Shown here: positions 45,582 to 57,159 of the stretch, in pieces | Position numbering within the stretch: the stretch's first letter is position 1 | Layout: every line of letters begins with the position of its first letter | Origin: Pseudomonadales bacterium | Lineage (GTDB): Bacteria > Pseudomonadota > Gammaproteobacteria > Pseudomonadales > Balneatricaceae | Assembly (NCBI GenBank): GCA_034110645.1 | Contig: JAWUYU010000066.1 | Location: 2,266 to 66,265 of the forward strand | Direction: 5' to 3' | DNA length: 64,000 nt | The notes under the pieces: generated by a model | The model's database searches: none | Told to the model about the DNA's origin: nothing | What the model saw: only the letters and a program-made list of their open reading frames with translations | Translations under genes and position numbers: made by a program

Positions 45582-48036
45582 ACTAGCAGCACGCTTAGCT
45601 TGGCGAGACTGGCGTGGGGGGGAGCTTTCTTTACTGTTTATTGCATTAGTATTAGCCATCACCAGCGTCACCAGCATTAGTCTATTTACTCACCAAGTTA
45701 AGCAATCCATGGTGGCACAGGGTGCAGACCTGATCGCCGCAGACTTGCGCCTTAACAGTAGCCAACCTGTGCCAGAATTTTGGCTATCAAAAGCTCAGGA
45801 TTTACCTTTGCAACAAGCTCAGGTGAGTCAATTCCAAGCCATGGTATTTGCCGACCAAGGTATGCAGCTGGCAAGTATTAAAGCAGTCTCAAAAAACCAT
45901 CCATTGCGTGGCGAAATAACCGTAGGCAACGCCGCTTTTGATTTAGGAAAGGCTGTAAAGCATGGCCCTAAACAAGGGGAAATATGGCCTGATTCTCGCC
46001 TATTGGCCAGCCTTAACGCTACCTTAAATGACACCATTGATGTAGGACAGCTGAGCCTGAAAATTAGCCAAATACTCATTACGGAACCAGACCAACCCAG
46101 CGGGTTTGCAAGTTTCGCCCCCAGCGCCATGATAAATTTAAATGACCTTGCGGCAACTGAAGCAGTGCAAACAGGCAGCCGAGTAACTTACCGCTGGCTA
46201 CTAGCAGGCCCAGACAGCGCACTAAACAACCTCCAAAAACAAATCACACCACTACTCACTAACGGCCAAAAGTGGCAATCACCCACAGATGGCAATGCAA
46301 ACATGGCGGCCACACTAGACAAGGCTGAACAATTTTTATTACTAGCAGGCTCACTAGCTGTAGTTCTTGCGGGTGTAGCACTGTCTCTTTCTGCGCGTCG
46401 CTACAGCCTACGACAAGCCAAACATGTGGCGTTACTTAAGTGCCTAGGCCTCAAACCCAATCAGCTACGGCTTTTGTACTTAAGCCAAATGATACTGCTG
46501 GCATTACTGGCGTTATTAATCAGCCTGCCTCTTGCTTGGGGGCTATACCAAGGGTTGTTATTATTAGTGGTTGACTATATTCAAGCATCAACAATGATAC
46601 CGCCCCTTGAGCCATTTATACTTGGCGCAGGAACAGGCACATTATGCTTATTAGCCTTTGTATTACCTCCCATGCTAGCTCTAGCAAAAGTAGCTCCCGC
46701 CCAAGTGCTGCGCCAATCTTCAAGCCAAAGTAAAACTAACATGGGCCACCTAGCCATTGGTTTTAGCGCCGTGATTACGCTGGTGTACTGGCACAGTCAG
46801 TCCTTATTGATTAGTTCTGCACTTATCGTTGGCGTGGTTATCATACTGATTCTTCTCGCACTACTGGCCAATCTACTCATAAAACTAGGCAACAAACTGC
46901 GGCCCCATCTTGGCCAAGGCGGAAAAATAGGCCTTGCCAATTTAGCCCGTAGAAAACATCAAAATAGCCTGCAAGTGGCCATTTTTGGATTAGCGTTAAT
47001 GCTCCTATTTAGCTTAATTTCTGTACGTACTTTCCTTATTGACGATTGGCAACAGCAGCTGACCAAAGACACGCCAAACCTGTTTTTATTCAATATATAT
47101 CAGCAGCAGCGCGAATCTTTAGTAGACTCAATGGAACAGCAAGGATTAACCACGCAGGCATTAACGTTTTTCCCTATTGCCAGAGCTAGACTGACTGAGC
47201 CTAAGATGGACAACCCTCGTGGAGACAGAGAGCTCAACCTCACCTGGAGCCAAAACTTACCCGTAGGCAATAGTATTAGTGAAGGCCAATGGTGGGACAC
47301 TTCTGATACTGATGCCAGTAACAGCCCGTTAGAAGTATCTATAGAAATCGATTACGCGCAAGATATGGGCTTAATACTTGGCCAAAGTCTCACCTTTAAC
47401 GTTGCAGGCACCCAGCATGAAGCCGTCTTGAGCAACATAAGAGAAGTAGATTGGAGCAGCATGCAGCCCAATTTCTTTTTTGTGTTCTCCCGGCCTTTAG
47501 TAGAAGCCAACAGCGCAAGCTATATGGCCAGTGTTTATATTGCACCGCAAGACCGCAGTAAACTAGGCCCCTTGTTACGCCAACAACCCACTATATCCAT
47601 GCTTGATGTAGACCAAATTCTACAACAAGTACAACGGGTAGTAGCTCAACTTTCCTTGGCCGTAGAGAGCATATTAGTGATGGTATTAGGCGCTGGTATA
47701 TTGGTCTTAGTAGCCAGCATACAGGCCAGTATTGATGAACGTCGTCATGAAAGTGCCATCCTAAGAACCTTAGGCGCAAGCAAGTCTCTTATTCGCAGCA
47801 TTTTGTTAGTGGAATACGCTAGTCTTGGGTTTGTGTCAGGGCTCATTGCTGGAGTGAGCGCTGAAGCATTGGTGGCTGTTTTGCAAAACCAATTGTTTCA
47901 AATGCCAATTCAGTTTCACTGGCCTCTATGGGTTCTAACCCCCTTTACCGGCATGCTTATCATCGGAGCCTGCGGCTGGTGGTTTAACCGCACGGTGGTT
48001 ACAGCACCACCACTTAGAACTTTACGACAGACATAG
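45574..48036 (+). CDS. ybbP: ABC transporter permease (YbbP-like)
   Basis: RDWRGGEL N-terminus, two FtsX-like membrane domains, DWSSMQPNFF. Confidence 0.85.
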   Translation: MFKLAARLAWRDWRGGELSLLFIALVLAITSVTSISLFTHQVKQSMVAQGADLIAADLRLNSSQPVPEFWLSKAQDLPLQQAQVSQFQAMVFADQGMQLASIKAVSKNHPLRGEITVGNAAFDLGKAVKHGPKQGEIWPDSRLLASLNATLNDTIDVGQLSLKISQILITEPDQPSGFASFAPSAMINLNDLAATEAVQTGSRVTYRWLLAGPDSALNNLQKQITPLLTNGQKWQSPTDGNANMAATLDKAEQFLLLAGSLAVVLAGVALSLSARRYSLRQAKHVALLKCLGLKPNQLRLLYLSQMILLALLALLISLPLAWGLYQGLLLLVVDYIQASTMIPPLEPFILGAGTGTLCLLAFVLPPMLALAKVAPAQVLRQSSSQSKTNMGHLAIGFSAVITLVYWHSQSLLISSALIVGVVIILILLALLANLLIKLGNKLRPHLGQGGKIGLANLARRKHQNSLQVAIFGLALMLLFSLISVRTFLIDDWQQQLTKDTPNLFLFNIYQQQRESLVDSMEQQGLTTQALTFFPIARARLTEPKMDNPRGDRELNLTWSQNLPVGNSISEGQWWDTSDTDASNSPLEVSIEIDYAQDMGLILGQSLTFNVAGTQHEAVLSNIREVDWSSMQPNFFFVFSRPLVEANSASYMASVYIAPQDRSKLGPLLRQQPTISMLDVDQILQQVQRVVAQLSLAVESILVMVLGAGILVLVASIQASIDERRHESAILRTLGASKSLIRSILLVEYASLGFVSGLIAGVSAEALVAVLQNQLFQMPIQFHWPLWVLTPFTGMLIIGACGWWFNRTVVTAPPLRTLRQT

Positions 48037-48150
48037 CGTTCATTTCACAAAAAATACTAAAAATGCCCCGTTTCGACGAGCTTAAGTGCCACCGACAACA
48101 AAAAAATACATTACAATGGTTCAATAATGAACATTTTAGTAAGGTAATGT

Positions 48151-49878
48151 ATGTCGTCGGCGGTACTGGCTTATTTGTTGAAATTTCTGCCTTTCCTAAG
48201 TTGGGCTAAACAGACTACCCTAGTTAGTGCGCGACAAGACGCTATGGCCGGACTTACTGGCGCTATCATTGTCCTGCCTCAAGGCGTAGCATATGCTTTA
48301 ATTGCAGGCCTGCCTCCAGAATATGGTTTGTACGCAGCTATAGTTCCGGCTATAGTGGCCGCTTTATTTGGCTCTTCTTGGCACCTTATTTCAGGCCCAA
48401 CAGCCGCCCTTTCCATTGTAGTTTTCACCACTATTAGCCCATTAGCCCAAGCTGGCACCACAAGTTACATAAGCCTAGTGCTTACCTTAACCCTGATGGC
48501 AGGTTTGTTTCAGCTAATGCTGTCTCTTGCCCGCTTAGGTTCCTTGGTTAATTTTGTGTCTCACTCCGTAGTGGTGGGGTTTACCTCTGGTGCAGCAGTG
48601 GTGATAGCCACCAGCCAGGTAAAAAACGCACTGGGCTTAACCCTGGAGTCTAGCGGCAATTTCATACTTAACTGGGTTGCTGCGGCAGAAAATATTTTAT
48701 CTACACACTTACCAAGTTTACTGATTGCAGCACTTACCTTATCTACCCTTATAGTACTCAAACGCTGGCGCAAAAAGTGGCCTAACATGCTTATTGCCAT
48801 GGTGGTTGGCAGTGTAGCTACCCAAATTTTGTTATTAACTCCTTGGTCGGCAGCCAACCAAATTGCGTTAGTAGGTGAGATCCCATCACAGTTGCCGCCT
48901 ATATCAGCCCCAATAATGTCTTGGGAGTTATTACGACAACTGGCACCTGGTGCAATGGCTTTAGGCTTATTAGGCTTAGTGGAGGCTGTATCCATTGCTC
49001 GTTCTGTAGCCACTCGTTCCGGCCAACGCATCCATGGTAACCAAGAGTTTATTGGCCAAGCCCTGTCTAATATTTTGGGCAGTTTTTCTTCTAGTTATGC
49101 GACTTCTGGCTCATTCACTCGTACAGGAGTGAACTACGAAGCGGGGGCAACAAGCCCTTTAGCTGCATTATTTGCAGCTCTTTTTTTAGCGGTAATCGTA
49201 TTGTTATTTGCGCCTTTAGCTGCCTATATCACCTTACCCAGCATGGCAGCTATATTGTTGATGGTGGCATGGAACCTTATCGACTGGCATCACATAAAAA
49301 TCATCTACCGTGCTGGAAAAAACGAAGCGATGGTATTTAATGTCACCTTTGCCGCTACCTTATTGCTTCCAATGGAGTTCGCCATCTATTTGGGTGTGCT
49401 TTTATCTTTAGTGCTTTATTTACGTCGAACATCCAAACCAAATATTAGTGCTTTGGCCAGCAGCGCTAGCCATAGCGGCTCTAAAAAGCTAGTGTCTGCA
49501 AAACGTTCAGGCTTACCTGAATGCGAAGTTGTTAAAATAATCCGTATAGATGGATCACTATTTTTTGGTGCGGTGGATTATGTACAATCGACACTAATGG
49601 CTATTGAACACAAGCATGTGCTTATTGTTGCTAGCGGCATCAACTTTATAGACTTGGCAGGCACCGAATTGTTAGCCAATGAAGCTAAGCGACTAGCGGC
49701 CAAAGGTGGCGGCTTGTACCTTTGCAACCTTAACGGCAGGGTGATTAAACCCATCATTCGTAACGGCCACTTAAACACCATTGGTAAGCGTAATATTTTC
49801 GCCACCAAAGCCTTAGCTTTAAGCGCAATTGATGCCAAGTTAAGTGACCATAGCTGTGCCGGTTGTGAAAACCACTAA
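48151..49878 (+). CDS. SulP-family anion transporter with STAS domain
   Basis: PQGVAYALIAG, SGPTAA, NQEFIGQ, GSFTRT, RIDGSLFFG. Confidence 0.92.
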   Translation: MSSAVLAYLLKFLPFLSWAKQTTLVSARQDAMAGLTGAIIVLPQGVAYALIAGLPPEYGLYAAIVPAIVAALFGSSWHLISGPTAALSIVVFTTISPLAQAGTTSYISLVLTLTLMAGLFQLMLSLARLGSLVNFVSHSVVVGFTSGAAVVIATSQVKNALGLTLESSGNFILNWVAAAENILSTHLPSLLIAALTLSTLIVLKRWRKKWPNMLIAMVVGSVATQILLLTPWSAANQIALVGEIPSQLPPISAPIMSWELLRQLAPGAMALGLLGLVEAVSIARSVATRSGQRIHGNQEFIGQALSNILGSFSSSYATSGSFTRTGVNYEAGATSPLAALFAALFLAVIVLLFAPLAAYITLPSMAAILLMVAWNLIDWHHIKIIYRAGKNEAMVFNVTFAATLLLPMEFAIYLGVLLSLVLYLRRTSKPNISALASSASHSGSKKLVSAKRSGLPECEVVKIIRIDGSLFFGAVDYVQSTLMAIEHKHVLIVASGINFIDLAGTELLANEAKRLAAKGGGLYLCNLNGRVIKPIIRNGHLNTIGKRNIFATKALALSAIDAKLSDHSCAGCENH

Positions 49879-49890
49879 ATGCTAGGCACT

Positions 49891-49927
49891 AAAAAACCCG
49901 CACTTGGGCAACCAAGGCGGGTTTTTT
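49891..49927. terminator. Bidirectional intrinsic terminator (sulP / rpmE)
   Basis: AAAAAACCCGC-ACTTGGGCAACCAAG-GCGGGTTTTTT. Confidence 0.8.
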
Positions 49928-49951
49928 AAGTTGCGATGAACGCTAAACCAA

Positions 49952-50164
49952 TTACTTGGTTCCGCGGGTACCGAAACGCTTGTTGAAACGATCAATACGG
50001 CCGCCAACATCGATGTTTTTCTGCTTACCAGTGTAAAACGGGTGACATGCAGAACATGTGTCAATTGTCATGTCTTTGCACAAAGTGGAACGAGTTACTA
50101 CAACGTTGCCACAAGAACAAGTCGCGTTCATCACTTCGTACTTAGGGTGAATATCTTTTTGCAT
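49952..50164 (-). CDS. rpmE: 50S ribosomal protein L31 (Zn-binding type)
   Basis: [25 protein letters not shown]; true start at 50164, not 50323. Confidence 0.96.
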   Translation of the reverse strand: MQKDIHPKYEVMNATCSCGNVVVTRSTLCKDMTIDTCSACHPFYTGKQKNIDVGGRIDRFNKRFGTRGTK

Positions 50165-50183
50165 GGGAAATAACCTCAGGGTT

Positions 50184-50222
50184 ATGGCGCCGCCACTTGA
50201 TCTATTGCCAAGTACCGCACCG
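50184..50222 (-). promoter_or_regulatory. Putative L31 autoregulatory leader RNA
   Basis: CGGTGCGGTACTTGGCAATAGATCAAGTGGCGGCGCCAT stem-loop just upstream of the rpmE RBS, like gammaproteobacterial rpmE leaders. Confidence 0.55.
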
Positions 50223-50449
50223 ATAAGAGATCTATATAAAATCTCTTTCAAAGTTGACAAGCCGACAACCGACAAGCCATAAAAATAGAGGCGGAATTTT
50301 ACCAGACACCTACGGATAAGCAAGCTTTTTTGCCTGCGTACACTTTACCAGTGGTCAAACAGGTGCTTTATACGTGTAAATCACCACAAACACAGGTACT
50401 TTGGTGTAGGATAAGCCCAACTTGTTAATCTTCAACGCTCTATTTTCCA

Positions 50450-52663
50450 GTGCCTGTGTATTTCCCAATGCCTATGTATTTACAAATTGCTCTAGCCACT
50501 GGCCTACGCCAAGAATTTACTTATTTAGCACCCAACAAAGCTGAGAGCTCACTCCTGCCAGAAATTGGTTTACGTGTTCGTGTATCCTTTGGTCGTAGTG
50601 AAAGAGTTGGGCTCATTATTGGCATCAATGAAACCACTACACTAGATCTTAGCAAGCTCAAGCCAATCACAGAATTGTTAGATAAGACTCCGCTCTTACC
50701 TAAAGAAATTTGGCAATTAGGGCTATGGGCAGCTGAGTACTATCAACACCCAGTAGGTGACTCAATGATGCACCTGCTGCCGGCTAAATTACGCCAACCA
50801 CTACCTAATCATTTAATTCAACTCAATTGGCAGATAGCCGACGTAGAAGCCGACTTTGGCAGGGCAAAAAAACAGCAATCAGTTTGGCAGCAACTGCAGC
50901 AACTTGCCCCTGAGTTCAACTTAAGTCAGTTACAAACCATAGGCATTAAACCAAGCCAACTGAAACCTTTTCTAGACAAAGAATTGCTCACCACTAGCTA
51001 CCCAAAACCTCAAAAGGTAACCTTACAACTGGCACAACAAGGCCTAGATCTTAATCCAGAACAATCAAAAATTGTTGAGCACCTAGCTAAGGTGAAGAGC
51101 ACATTTAGTTGTAATTTATTAAACGGTGTTACCGGCAGCGGTAAGACCGAAGTGTATTTTCACGCGATTGCAGATCAATTACAATCAGGCAAACGAACTC
51201 TGTTATTAGTGCCCGAAATAGGCCTTACACCACAGCTCTTACAGCGCCTAGAGCACCGTTTTAATAACCGCGTGCTGGCGTTGCACTCAGGCCTTACAGA
51301 ACACCAACGCCTTAACGCTTGGCAGCAAGCTGGCTTGGGTCAGGCAGACATTATCATTGGTACCCGCTCTGCTTTATTTACCCCTATCCCAGAGTTAGGC
51401 CTCATCATTATTGATGAAGAACACGACCAAGCCTACAAACAGCAGGAAGGCTTTCGTTACCATGGCAGAGACTTAGCCATAAAACGTGCAGTTGATGCCA
51501 ATATTCCGATTTTACTTGGCTCTGCCACACCTTCTCTGGAGAGTTTAGCGAATGTAGAACGGGGGCGCTTTAGCCAATGGCTATTAACCCAAAGAGCCGG
51601 CAAGGCCAGTAACCAACGTTACGAGGTCATTGATTTACGTAATCAACCACAACAAGCTGGTATTTCTGAACAATTACAAGAAATGGTTCAGGTACAACTG
51701 GAATTAGGCCATCAAGTACTGTTGATGCTCAACAGACGAGGCTTCGCCCCTAGCTTGCAATGTCAGTCTTGCGGCACAACCGCACAGTGTCCAGCTTGTG
51801 ATGCAAATATGACATTACATCGTAGCCCTCCAAGGCTACATTGCCACCACTGTGAGCACCAACAACCAGTGCATTTGCGTTGCCCACAATGCCAAAGTAA
51901 TCAGTTAAAACCACTAGGCCAAGGCACTGAACGAACTGAAGAACAGCTCACTTACCTATTCCCAAACACGCCAGTTCATCGTATTGATCGTGACACTACC
52001 CGTAAAAAAGGCAGCTTAGAAGGAATGCTAGCACAGGTACATGACGGAGAACCTTGTATTTTAGTAGGCACACAAATGCTAGCTAAAGGCCATCACTTTC
52101 CTAATGTGACTTTGGCGGCTATTTTAGATGCCGATGCCAGCCTGTTTAGCAGTGATTTTCGTGGCCCAGAAAAGCTAGCCCAATTACTAGTGCAAACCGC
52201 CGGCCGCGCTGGTCGTGCCAAAATACCAGGTACCGCGGTGATTCAAACCTACCAAGCTGATCATCCAACCATTAATATTTTAGTAAGCCAAGGGTACAAC
52301 GCCTTTGCAAGGCAAGAGCTAGCTATCCGTCAGCAAAGTGGCCTGCCGCCCGTGGGACACATGGCGTTGTTTCATGCCCAAGCCAAAGATGCTGCACAGG
52401 CCTTTGCCTTATTACATTGGTTAGGGCAGCAAGTTCAAAACTCAGAGCTGCACCCTCTCACCAAATCCTTACTTATGTTCGGCCCTATGCCTGCCTTTAT
52501 GGCTCGTAGAGCCCACTATTATCGTGCTCAACTACAGCTTCAACACCCAAACCGCAAACAACTACAGCAATTATTGAAGCAATTGTGCCTATTACTGGAT
52601 CAACATCCTGCAGCTCGTAAAATACGCTGGAGCCTAGACATAGACCCGCAAGAACTGGGATAA
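50450..52663 (+). CDS. priA: Primosomal protein N' (replication restart helicase)
   Basis: GVTGSGKTEVY, DEEHD, four CxxC pairs, GTQMLAKG, AGRAGR; start uncertain by a few codons. Confidence 0.96.
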   Translation: MPVYFPMPMYLQIALATGLRQEFTYLAPNKAESSLLPEIGLRVRVSFGRSERVGLIIGINETTTLDLSKLKPITELLDKTPLLPKEIWQLGLWAAEYYQHPVGDSMMHLLPAKLRQPLPNHLIQLNWQIADVEADFGRAKKQQSVWQQLQQLAPEFNLSQLQTIGIKPSQLKPFLDKELLTTSYPKPQKVTLQLAQQGLDLNPEQSKIVEHLAKVKSTFSCNLLNGVTGSGKTEVYFHAIADQLQSGKRTLLLVPEIGLTPQLLQRLEHRFNNRVLALHSGLTEHQRLNAWQQAGLGQADIIIGTRSALFTPIPELGLIIIDEEHDQAYKQQEGFRYHGRDLAIKRAVDANIPILLGSATPSLESLANVERGRFSQWLLTQRAGKASNQRYEVIDLRNQPQQAGISEQLQEMVQVQLELGHQVLLMLNRRGFAPSLQCQSCGTTAQCPACDANMTLHRSPPRLHCHHCEHQQPVHLRCPQCQSNQLKPLGQGTERTEEQLTYLFPNTPVHRIDRDTTRKKGSLEGMLAQVHDGEPCILVGTQMLAKGHHFPNVTLAAILDADASLFSSDFRGPEKLAQLLVQTAGRAGRAKIPGTAVIQTYQADHPTINILVSQGYNAFARQELAIRQQSGLPPVGHMALFHAQAKDAAQAFALLHWLGQQVQNSELHPLTKSLLMFGPMPAFMARRAHYYRAQLQLQHPNRKQLQQLLKQLCLLLDQHPAARKIRWSLDIDPQELG

Positions 52664-52742
52664 TTAACGCTTATCTATACGTATTTATTACAGTCTCATT
52701 TGTAGACCACATTTAAACCTTTTTAGAAGCCAAAACACCGCC

Positions 52743-54500
52743 ATGAAGCAACACATTGCAGACCTTATTCAACAAGCCATCGATAGCCTTAAAGTAGCAG
52801 GTGAGTTTGACGCCGAACTCGTCGCCACTATCCAGGTTGATAATACCCGTGACAAGCAACACGGTGACCTTGCTTGTAATGTGGCCCTCACTTTGGCTAA
52901 GGTTACACGACGTAAACCCCGCGACATCGCTGAATTGATCAGCAGCCATTTACCGGCATCAGATTCAGTAGCTAAAACAGAAATCGCAGGCCCAGGCTTC
53001 ATAAACTTTTTTATCAGCCAAGACGCCACTCAAGCTATTATTGGTAAAGTGCTAGCAGAAGCTGAAAACTTTGGCCGTAATAACAGCGGTGCTGGCCATA
53101 AAGTGCAAGTGGAATTTGTTTCTGCCAACCCTACTGGCCCTCTACATGTAGGCCACGGCCGGGGTGCTGCTTACGGCGCCAGCGTTTCTAACCTATTAGA
53201 AGCAGCAGGTTTTGAAGTAGAAAGAGAATATTACGTTAACGATGCTGGCCGCCAAATGAATATTTTAGCCGCTAGTGTGTGGCTGCGTTACCTGCAACAA
53301 GCAGGTGAAGACATTGTGTTCCCAAGCAACGGTTATCAGGGCGACTATGTTAATGACATTGCCCAACAGCTGCACCAAGAAAATGGCAATCGCCTAAAGC
53401 ACGAAGCTGCGGCAGTAATGTCGGACCTCCATGCAGATGGCCCTGATGGCGACAAAGAGAAGCACATTGATGATGTCATTGAACGTGCACAAAATTTACT
53501 TGGCGAAGCGGACTATCGCTTGGTTTTTGATGCAGGCCTAGACTCTATTCGTGATGACATTAAGCAAGATTTGCACGAATTCGGTGTGGACTTCCAGCAA
53601 TGGTTCTCTGAACGCAGCCTAGATCAAGGCGACCAGATCAACCGCGCTATCGTTAAGCTACAAGAACAAGGCCATGTGTATGAAGACGGCGGTGCCTTAT
53701 GGTTCCGCTCTACTGCATTTGGTGATGACAAAGATCGCGTAGTAAAACGTGACAATGGCCAAACCACCTACTTTGCTTCTGACATTGCTTACCACTTAAA
53801 CAAGTTCGAGCGTGGTATGGAAACAGTTATTAACGTGTGGGGAGCAGATCACCATGGTTACATCACTCGGGTAAAGGCCGCACTACAAGCCCTAGGCATA
53901 GACCCTGCCCGCTTAATAGTAAAGCTGGTGCAGTTCGCCATTTTGTATCGTGGTGAAGAGCGGGTGCAAATGTCTACCCGCAGTGGTTCTTTTGTAACCT
54001 TACGCGAACTTCGTGAAGAAGTAGGTAAGGACGCCTCACGCTTCTTTTATGTTACTCGTAAAGCAGAACAACATATGGATTTTGACTTGGAACTTGCCAA
54101 GTCAGAAAGTAAAGACAACCCTGTATATTACATCCAGTATGCTCACGCACGCATTTGCACCCTGATCAAAAAATTAGCCGAGCAAGGTATGACATGGGAT
54201 TCCGCCATGGGCCTTACGCAGTTAGAAAAGCTTAACGAAACTGCAGAAATTGATCTTATGCATCAAATTGAACTGTACCCAGAAGTGATCGCTAATGCTG
54301 CCAAGAACCACGAACCTCATCAAGTGGCTCATTACCTTAAAGATTTAGCCAGTAATTACCATAGTTACTACAATGCCCATCGTATGGTTATTGACGATGC
54401 CCAGTTACGTAACGCTCGTATGTGCCTTTGCATGGCCGCACGACAAGTAATGGCAAACGGCTTAAGCCTGTTAGGTGTTAATGCACCAGAGCAAATGTAA
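52743..54500 (+). CDS. argS: Arginine-tRNA ligase
   Basis: SANPTGPLHVGH, GADHHGY, MSTRSG, YIQYAHAR, APEQM. Confidence 0.97.
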   Translation: MKQHIADLIQQAIDSLKVAGEFDAELVATIQVDNTRDKQHGDLACNVALTLAKVTRRKPRDIAELISSHLPASDSVAKTEIAGPGFINFFISQDATQAIIGKVLAEAENFGRNNSGAGHKVQVEFVSANPTGPLHVGHGRGAAYGASVSNLLEAAGFEVEREYYVNDAGRQMNILAASVWLRYLQQAGEDIVFPSNGYQGDYVNDIAQQLHQENGNRLKHEAAAVMSDLHADGPDGDKEKHIDDVIERAQNLLGEADYRLVFDAGLDSIRDDIKQDLHEFGVDFQQWFSERSLDQGDQINRAIVKLQEQGHVYEDGGALWFRSTAFGDDKDRVVKRDNGQTTYFASDIAYHLNKFERGMETVINVWGADHHGYITRVKAALQALGIDPARLIVKLVQFAILYRGEERVQMSTRSGSFVTLRELREEVGKDASRFFYVTRKAEQHMDFDLELAKSESKDNPVYYIQYAHARICTLIKKLAEQGMTWDSAMGLTQLEKLNETAEIDLMHQIELYPEVIANAAKNHEPHQVAHYLKDLASNYHSYYNAHRMVIDDAQLRNARMCLCMAARQVMANGLSLLGVNAPEQM

Positions 54501-54502
54501 CT

Positions 54503-55096
54503 GTGGCCTCCCACGATTACGCTAAAAGAAAACCCAAGAAAAAGCAGCGTAAGCCCGCTGTTTCGCGCTGGGTGATGTTACTCACATTAATGGTGAGTAC
54601 AGCTTTTTTAGCAATTCTTATAATGCTTTCACAACAGCCTGATGATAGTAAGGCCAGCTCCCTTGTGGCCGAGAAAAAAAGCCCAAGCACAGCTATTAAG
54701 GTAGTGCCAAAAACTATCAACAAGGTGGTTGACACAAAAGGCGCTAGCGAGCAACAAGACAGTTTTGACTTCTACACCCTATTGCCTGACAGTGAAGTAA
54801 CTCCCGTAAAAGTGGACGCTTACATCTCCACACCTAAAGACCCTAATAAGAAGACCGACACTGTATTACAGGCTGGATCCTTTCGTAGATTGGCTGACGC
54901 TAACCGCCTCAGGGCTAAGCTGATCCTTCTTAACATGAGCAATGTTGTGACCGAAAAAACGGTTTCGAGCAGCGGTTCTGTCTGGTACCGTGTTCGTATC
55001 GGGCCATTTAGTAATCGGTCCACCCTCAATAAAGCTGTAGATATTCTCGCCCAACAGGGTATTCAGTCACTTCAAATTAAGAAAAGCGCTAAGTAA
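54503..55096 (+). CDS. SPOR-domain cell division protein (FtsN-like)
   Basis: Basic N-terminus, one TM helix, FDFYTLLP, LQAGSF..WYRVRIGPF. Confidence 0.85.
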   Translation: MASHDYAKRKPKKKQRKPAVSRWVMLLTLMVSTAFLAILIMLSQQPDDSKASSLVAEKKSPSTAIKVVPKTINKVVDTKGASEQQDSFDFYTLLPDSEVTPVKVDAYISTPKDPNKKTDTVLQAGSFRRLADANRLRAKLILLNMSNVVTEKTVSSSGSVWYRVRIGPFSNRSTLNKAVDILAQQGIQSLQIKKSAK

Positions 55097-55118
55097 TCGC
55101 CTGTTAAGGGTGCTTGCG

Positions 55119-55144
55119 CTTGAATTCTAGCGCCTGAACCCCAT
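55119..55144 (+). promoter_or_regulatory. sigma32 heat-shock promoter of hslVU
   Basis: CTTGAA-N14-CCCCAT. Confidence 0.85.
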
Positions 55145-55224
55145 TCTAGAAGGACCACACTTAAGTATCACTTAGACACCGCTTAAGTATATAGCCCAGT
55201 ATGGCAACTAATTAGGACTGAAAC

Positions 55225-55767
55225 ATGACAACCATAGTATCTGTACGCCGCGGTAATCAAGTTGTATTAGGTGGCGACGGCCAAGTTTCCTTAGGCAATA
55301 CGGTAATGAAAGGCAATGCTCGCAAAGTGCGCCGCCTATACCACGACAAAGTGATTGCCGGGTTTGCTGGTGGCACCGCCGACGCGCTCACCCTATTTGA
55401 ACGCTTTGAAAGCCAACTCGAAAAGCACCATGGCCAGCTGGTACGTGCTGCTGTAGAGCTTGCCAAAGAATGGCGCAGTGATCGTGGCCTGCGCAAGTTA
55501 GAAGCTATGTTGGTGGTTGCCAACGAAGAAGCATCTCTTATTATCAGCGGTACAGGAGATGTAATAGAGCCTGAGCACGGCCTTATCGCCATAGGTTCTG
55601 GGGGCAACTTCGCTCAAGCTGCAGCATTAGCTTTGCTAGAAAACACCGATCTTTCAGCTCATGATATCGTTAGTAAGAGCCTTAATATTGCTGCAAATAT
55701 TTGTGTTTTCACCAACCACCAAACCACCATCGAAACCATTGATACACTCTCTCAAACTAAGAAATAA
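55225..55767 (+). CDS. hslV: ATP-dependent protease peptidase subunit
   Basis: N-terminal TTI, GDGQVS, GSGG. Confidence 0.97.
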   Translation: MTTIVSVRRGNQVVLGGDGQVSLGNTVMKGNARKVRRLYHDKVIAGFAGGTADALTLFERFESQLEKHHGQLVRAAVELAKEWRSDRGLRKLEAMLVVANEEASLIISGTGDVIEPEHGLIAIGSGGNFAQAAALALLENTDLSAHDIVSKSLNIAANICVFTNHQTTIETIDTLSQTKK

Positions 55768-55776
55768 GGCTGAACT

Positions 55777-57102
55777 ATGTCTCACCTGACTCCTGCTGAA
55801 ATCGTCAGCCAACTCGACAAACACATTATTGGACAAGCTGCAGCTAAACGCGCTGTGGCTATTGCATTACGTAACCGCTGGCGTCGCATGCAACTTGAAC
55901 CCAACATGCGGGCTGAAATTGCCCCCAAAAATATTATGATGATAGGCCCTACGGGGGTTGGTAAAACTGAAATTGCTCGACGTTTGGCCAAACTATCCAA
56001 TGCGCCATTTATAAAAATCGAAGCCACAAAGTTCACCGAAGTTGGTTATGTGGGCCGAGACGTAGAGTCTATCATTCGAGACCTCATGGAAACAGCCATG
56101 AAAATGCTACGTGAAGAAGCTATGACTAAAGTGGCTAACCAAGCAGCAGACCGTGCAGAAGAGCGAATTTTAGATGTATTACTGCCACCTGCCCGTGGCG
56201 CAGAAGATGACTCAAGTACTAAAGAGTCAGGCACCCGCCAGGTGTTTCGCAAAAAGCTTCGAGAAGGGCTACTAAACGAAAAAGAAATTGATATCGAAGT
56301 GTCTAACGCACCTATGGGTGTTGAAATCATGGCCCCCCCTGGCATGGAAGACATGACCAATCAATTACAAGGTTTGTTTGCCAATATGGGCAAAGACAAG
56401 AAGCAAACCAAAAAAATGACTATTGCCGATGCGTTAAAGCAATTGCAAGACGAAGAAGCGGCTGGCCTAGTTAAAGAAGAAGACCTTAAACAACAAGCAT
56501 TAGAAGCCGTAGAACAAAATGGCATTGTATTTTTAGATGAAATAGACAAAATTGCCAAAAGGCAAGAAGGAGGAAGTGGCGACGTATCCCGTGAAGGTGT
56601 GCAGCGTGATTTGCTACCTTTAATTGAAGGATGCACAGTAACCACGAAGTATGGCATGGTGAAAACAGACCATATCCTGTTTATCACTTCTGGCGCATTC
56701 CACGTGGCCAAGCCTTCGGACCTTATTCCAGAGCTACAAGGCAGGCTGCCTATTCGGGTAGAACTCAATGCCCTACGCCCAGAAGACTTTACTCGCATTC
56801 TTACAGAACCTGATTACTCCCTCACGCAGCAGTATCAAGCGCTATTGAGTGTAGAAGGGGTAGATCTTGAGTTCAGTGAAGACGGCGTTAAACGCATAGC
56901 AGAGCTTGCCTATGAAGTGAATGAAAGTACTGAGAACATCGGCGCGAGACGCTTACATACGTTAATGGAGCGCCTGCTAGAAGACCTATCGTTCACGGCT
57001 AGCCAAGCCTCTGGTGCTAAAGTGCTTATTAACCAAGCTTACGTAGATCACAACCTACAAGACCTTGTGAAAGACCAAGACCTCAGTCGCTATATATTAT
57101 AG
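55777..57102 (+). CDS. hslU: ATP-dependent protease ATPase subunit
   Basis: [25 protein letters not shown]. Confidence 0.97.
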   Translation: MSHLTPAEIVSQLDKHIIGQAAAKRAVAIALRNRWRRMQLEPNMRAEIAPKNIMMIGPTGVGKTEIARRLAKLSNAPFIKIEATKFTEVGYVGRDVESIIRDLMETAMKMLREEAMTKVANQAADRAEERILDVLLPPARGAEDDSSTKESGTRQVFRKKLREGLLNEKEIDIEVSNAPMGVEIMAPPGMEDMTNQLQGLFANMGKDKKQTKKMTIADALKQLQDEEAAGLVKEEDLKQQALEAVEQNGIVFLDEIDKIAKRQEGGSGDVSREGVQRDLLPLIEGCTVTTKYGMVKTDHILFITSGAFHVAKPSDLIPELQGRLPIRVELNALRPEDFTRILTEPDYSLTQQYQALLSVEGVDLEFSEDGVKRIAELAYEVNESTENIGARRLHTLMERLLEDLSFTASQASGAKVLINQAYVDHNLQDLVKDQDLSRYIL

Positions 57103-57159
57103 ATTGCTCTCTACAAACGTCATTACGAGGAATAAATGTAGCAACGTCGCAATCGAAAT

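Noticed and set aside
55160-55190. CTTAAGTAT direct repeat in the hslV leader
   Set aside because: Only 9 bp twice; cannot be told apart from a neutral microduplication.
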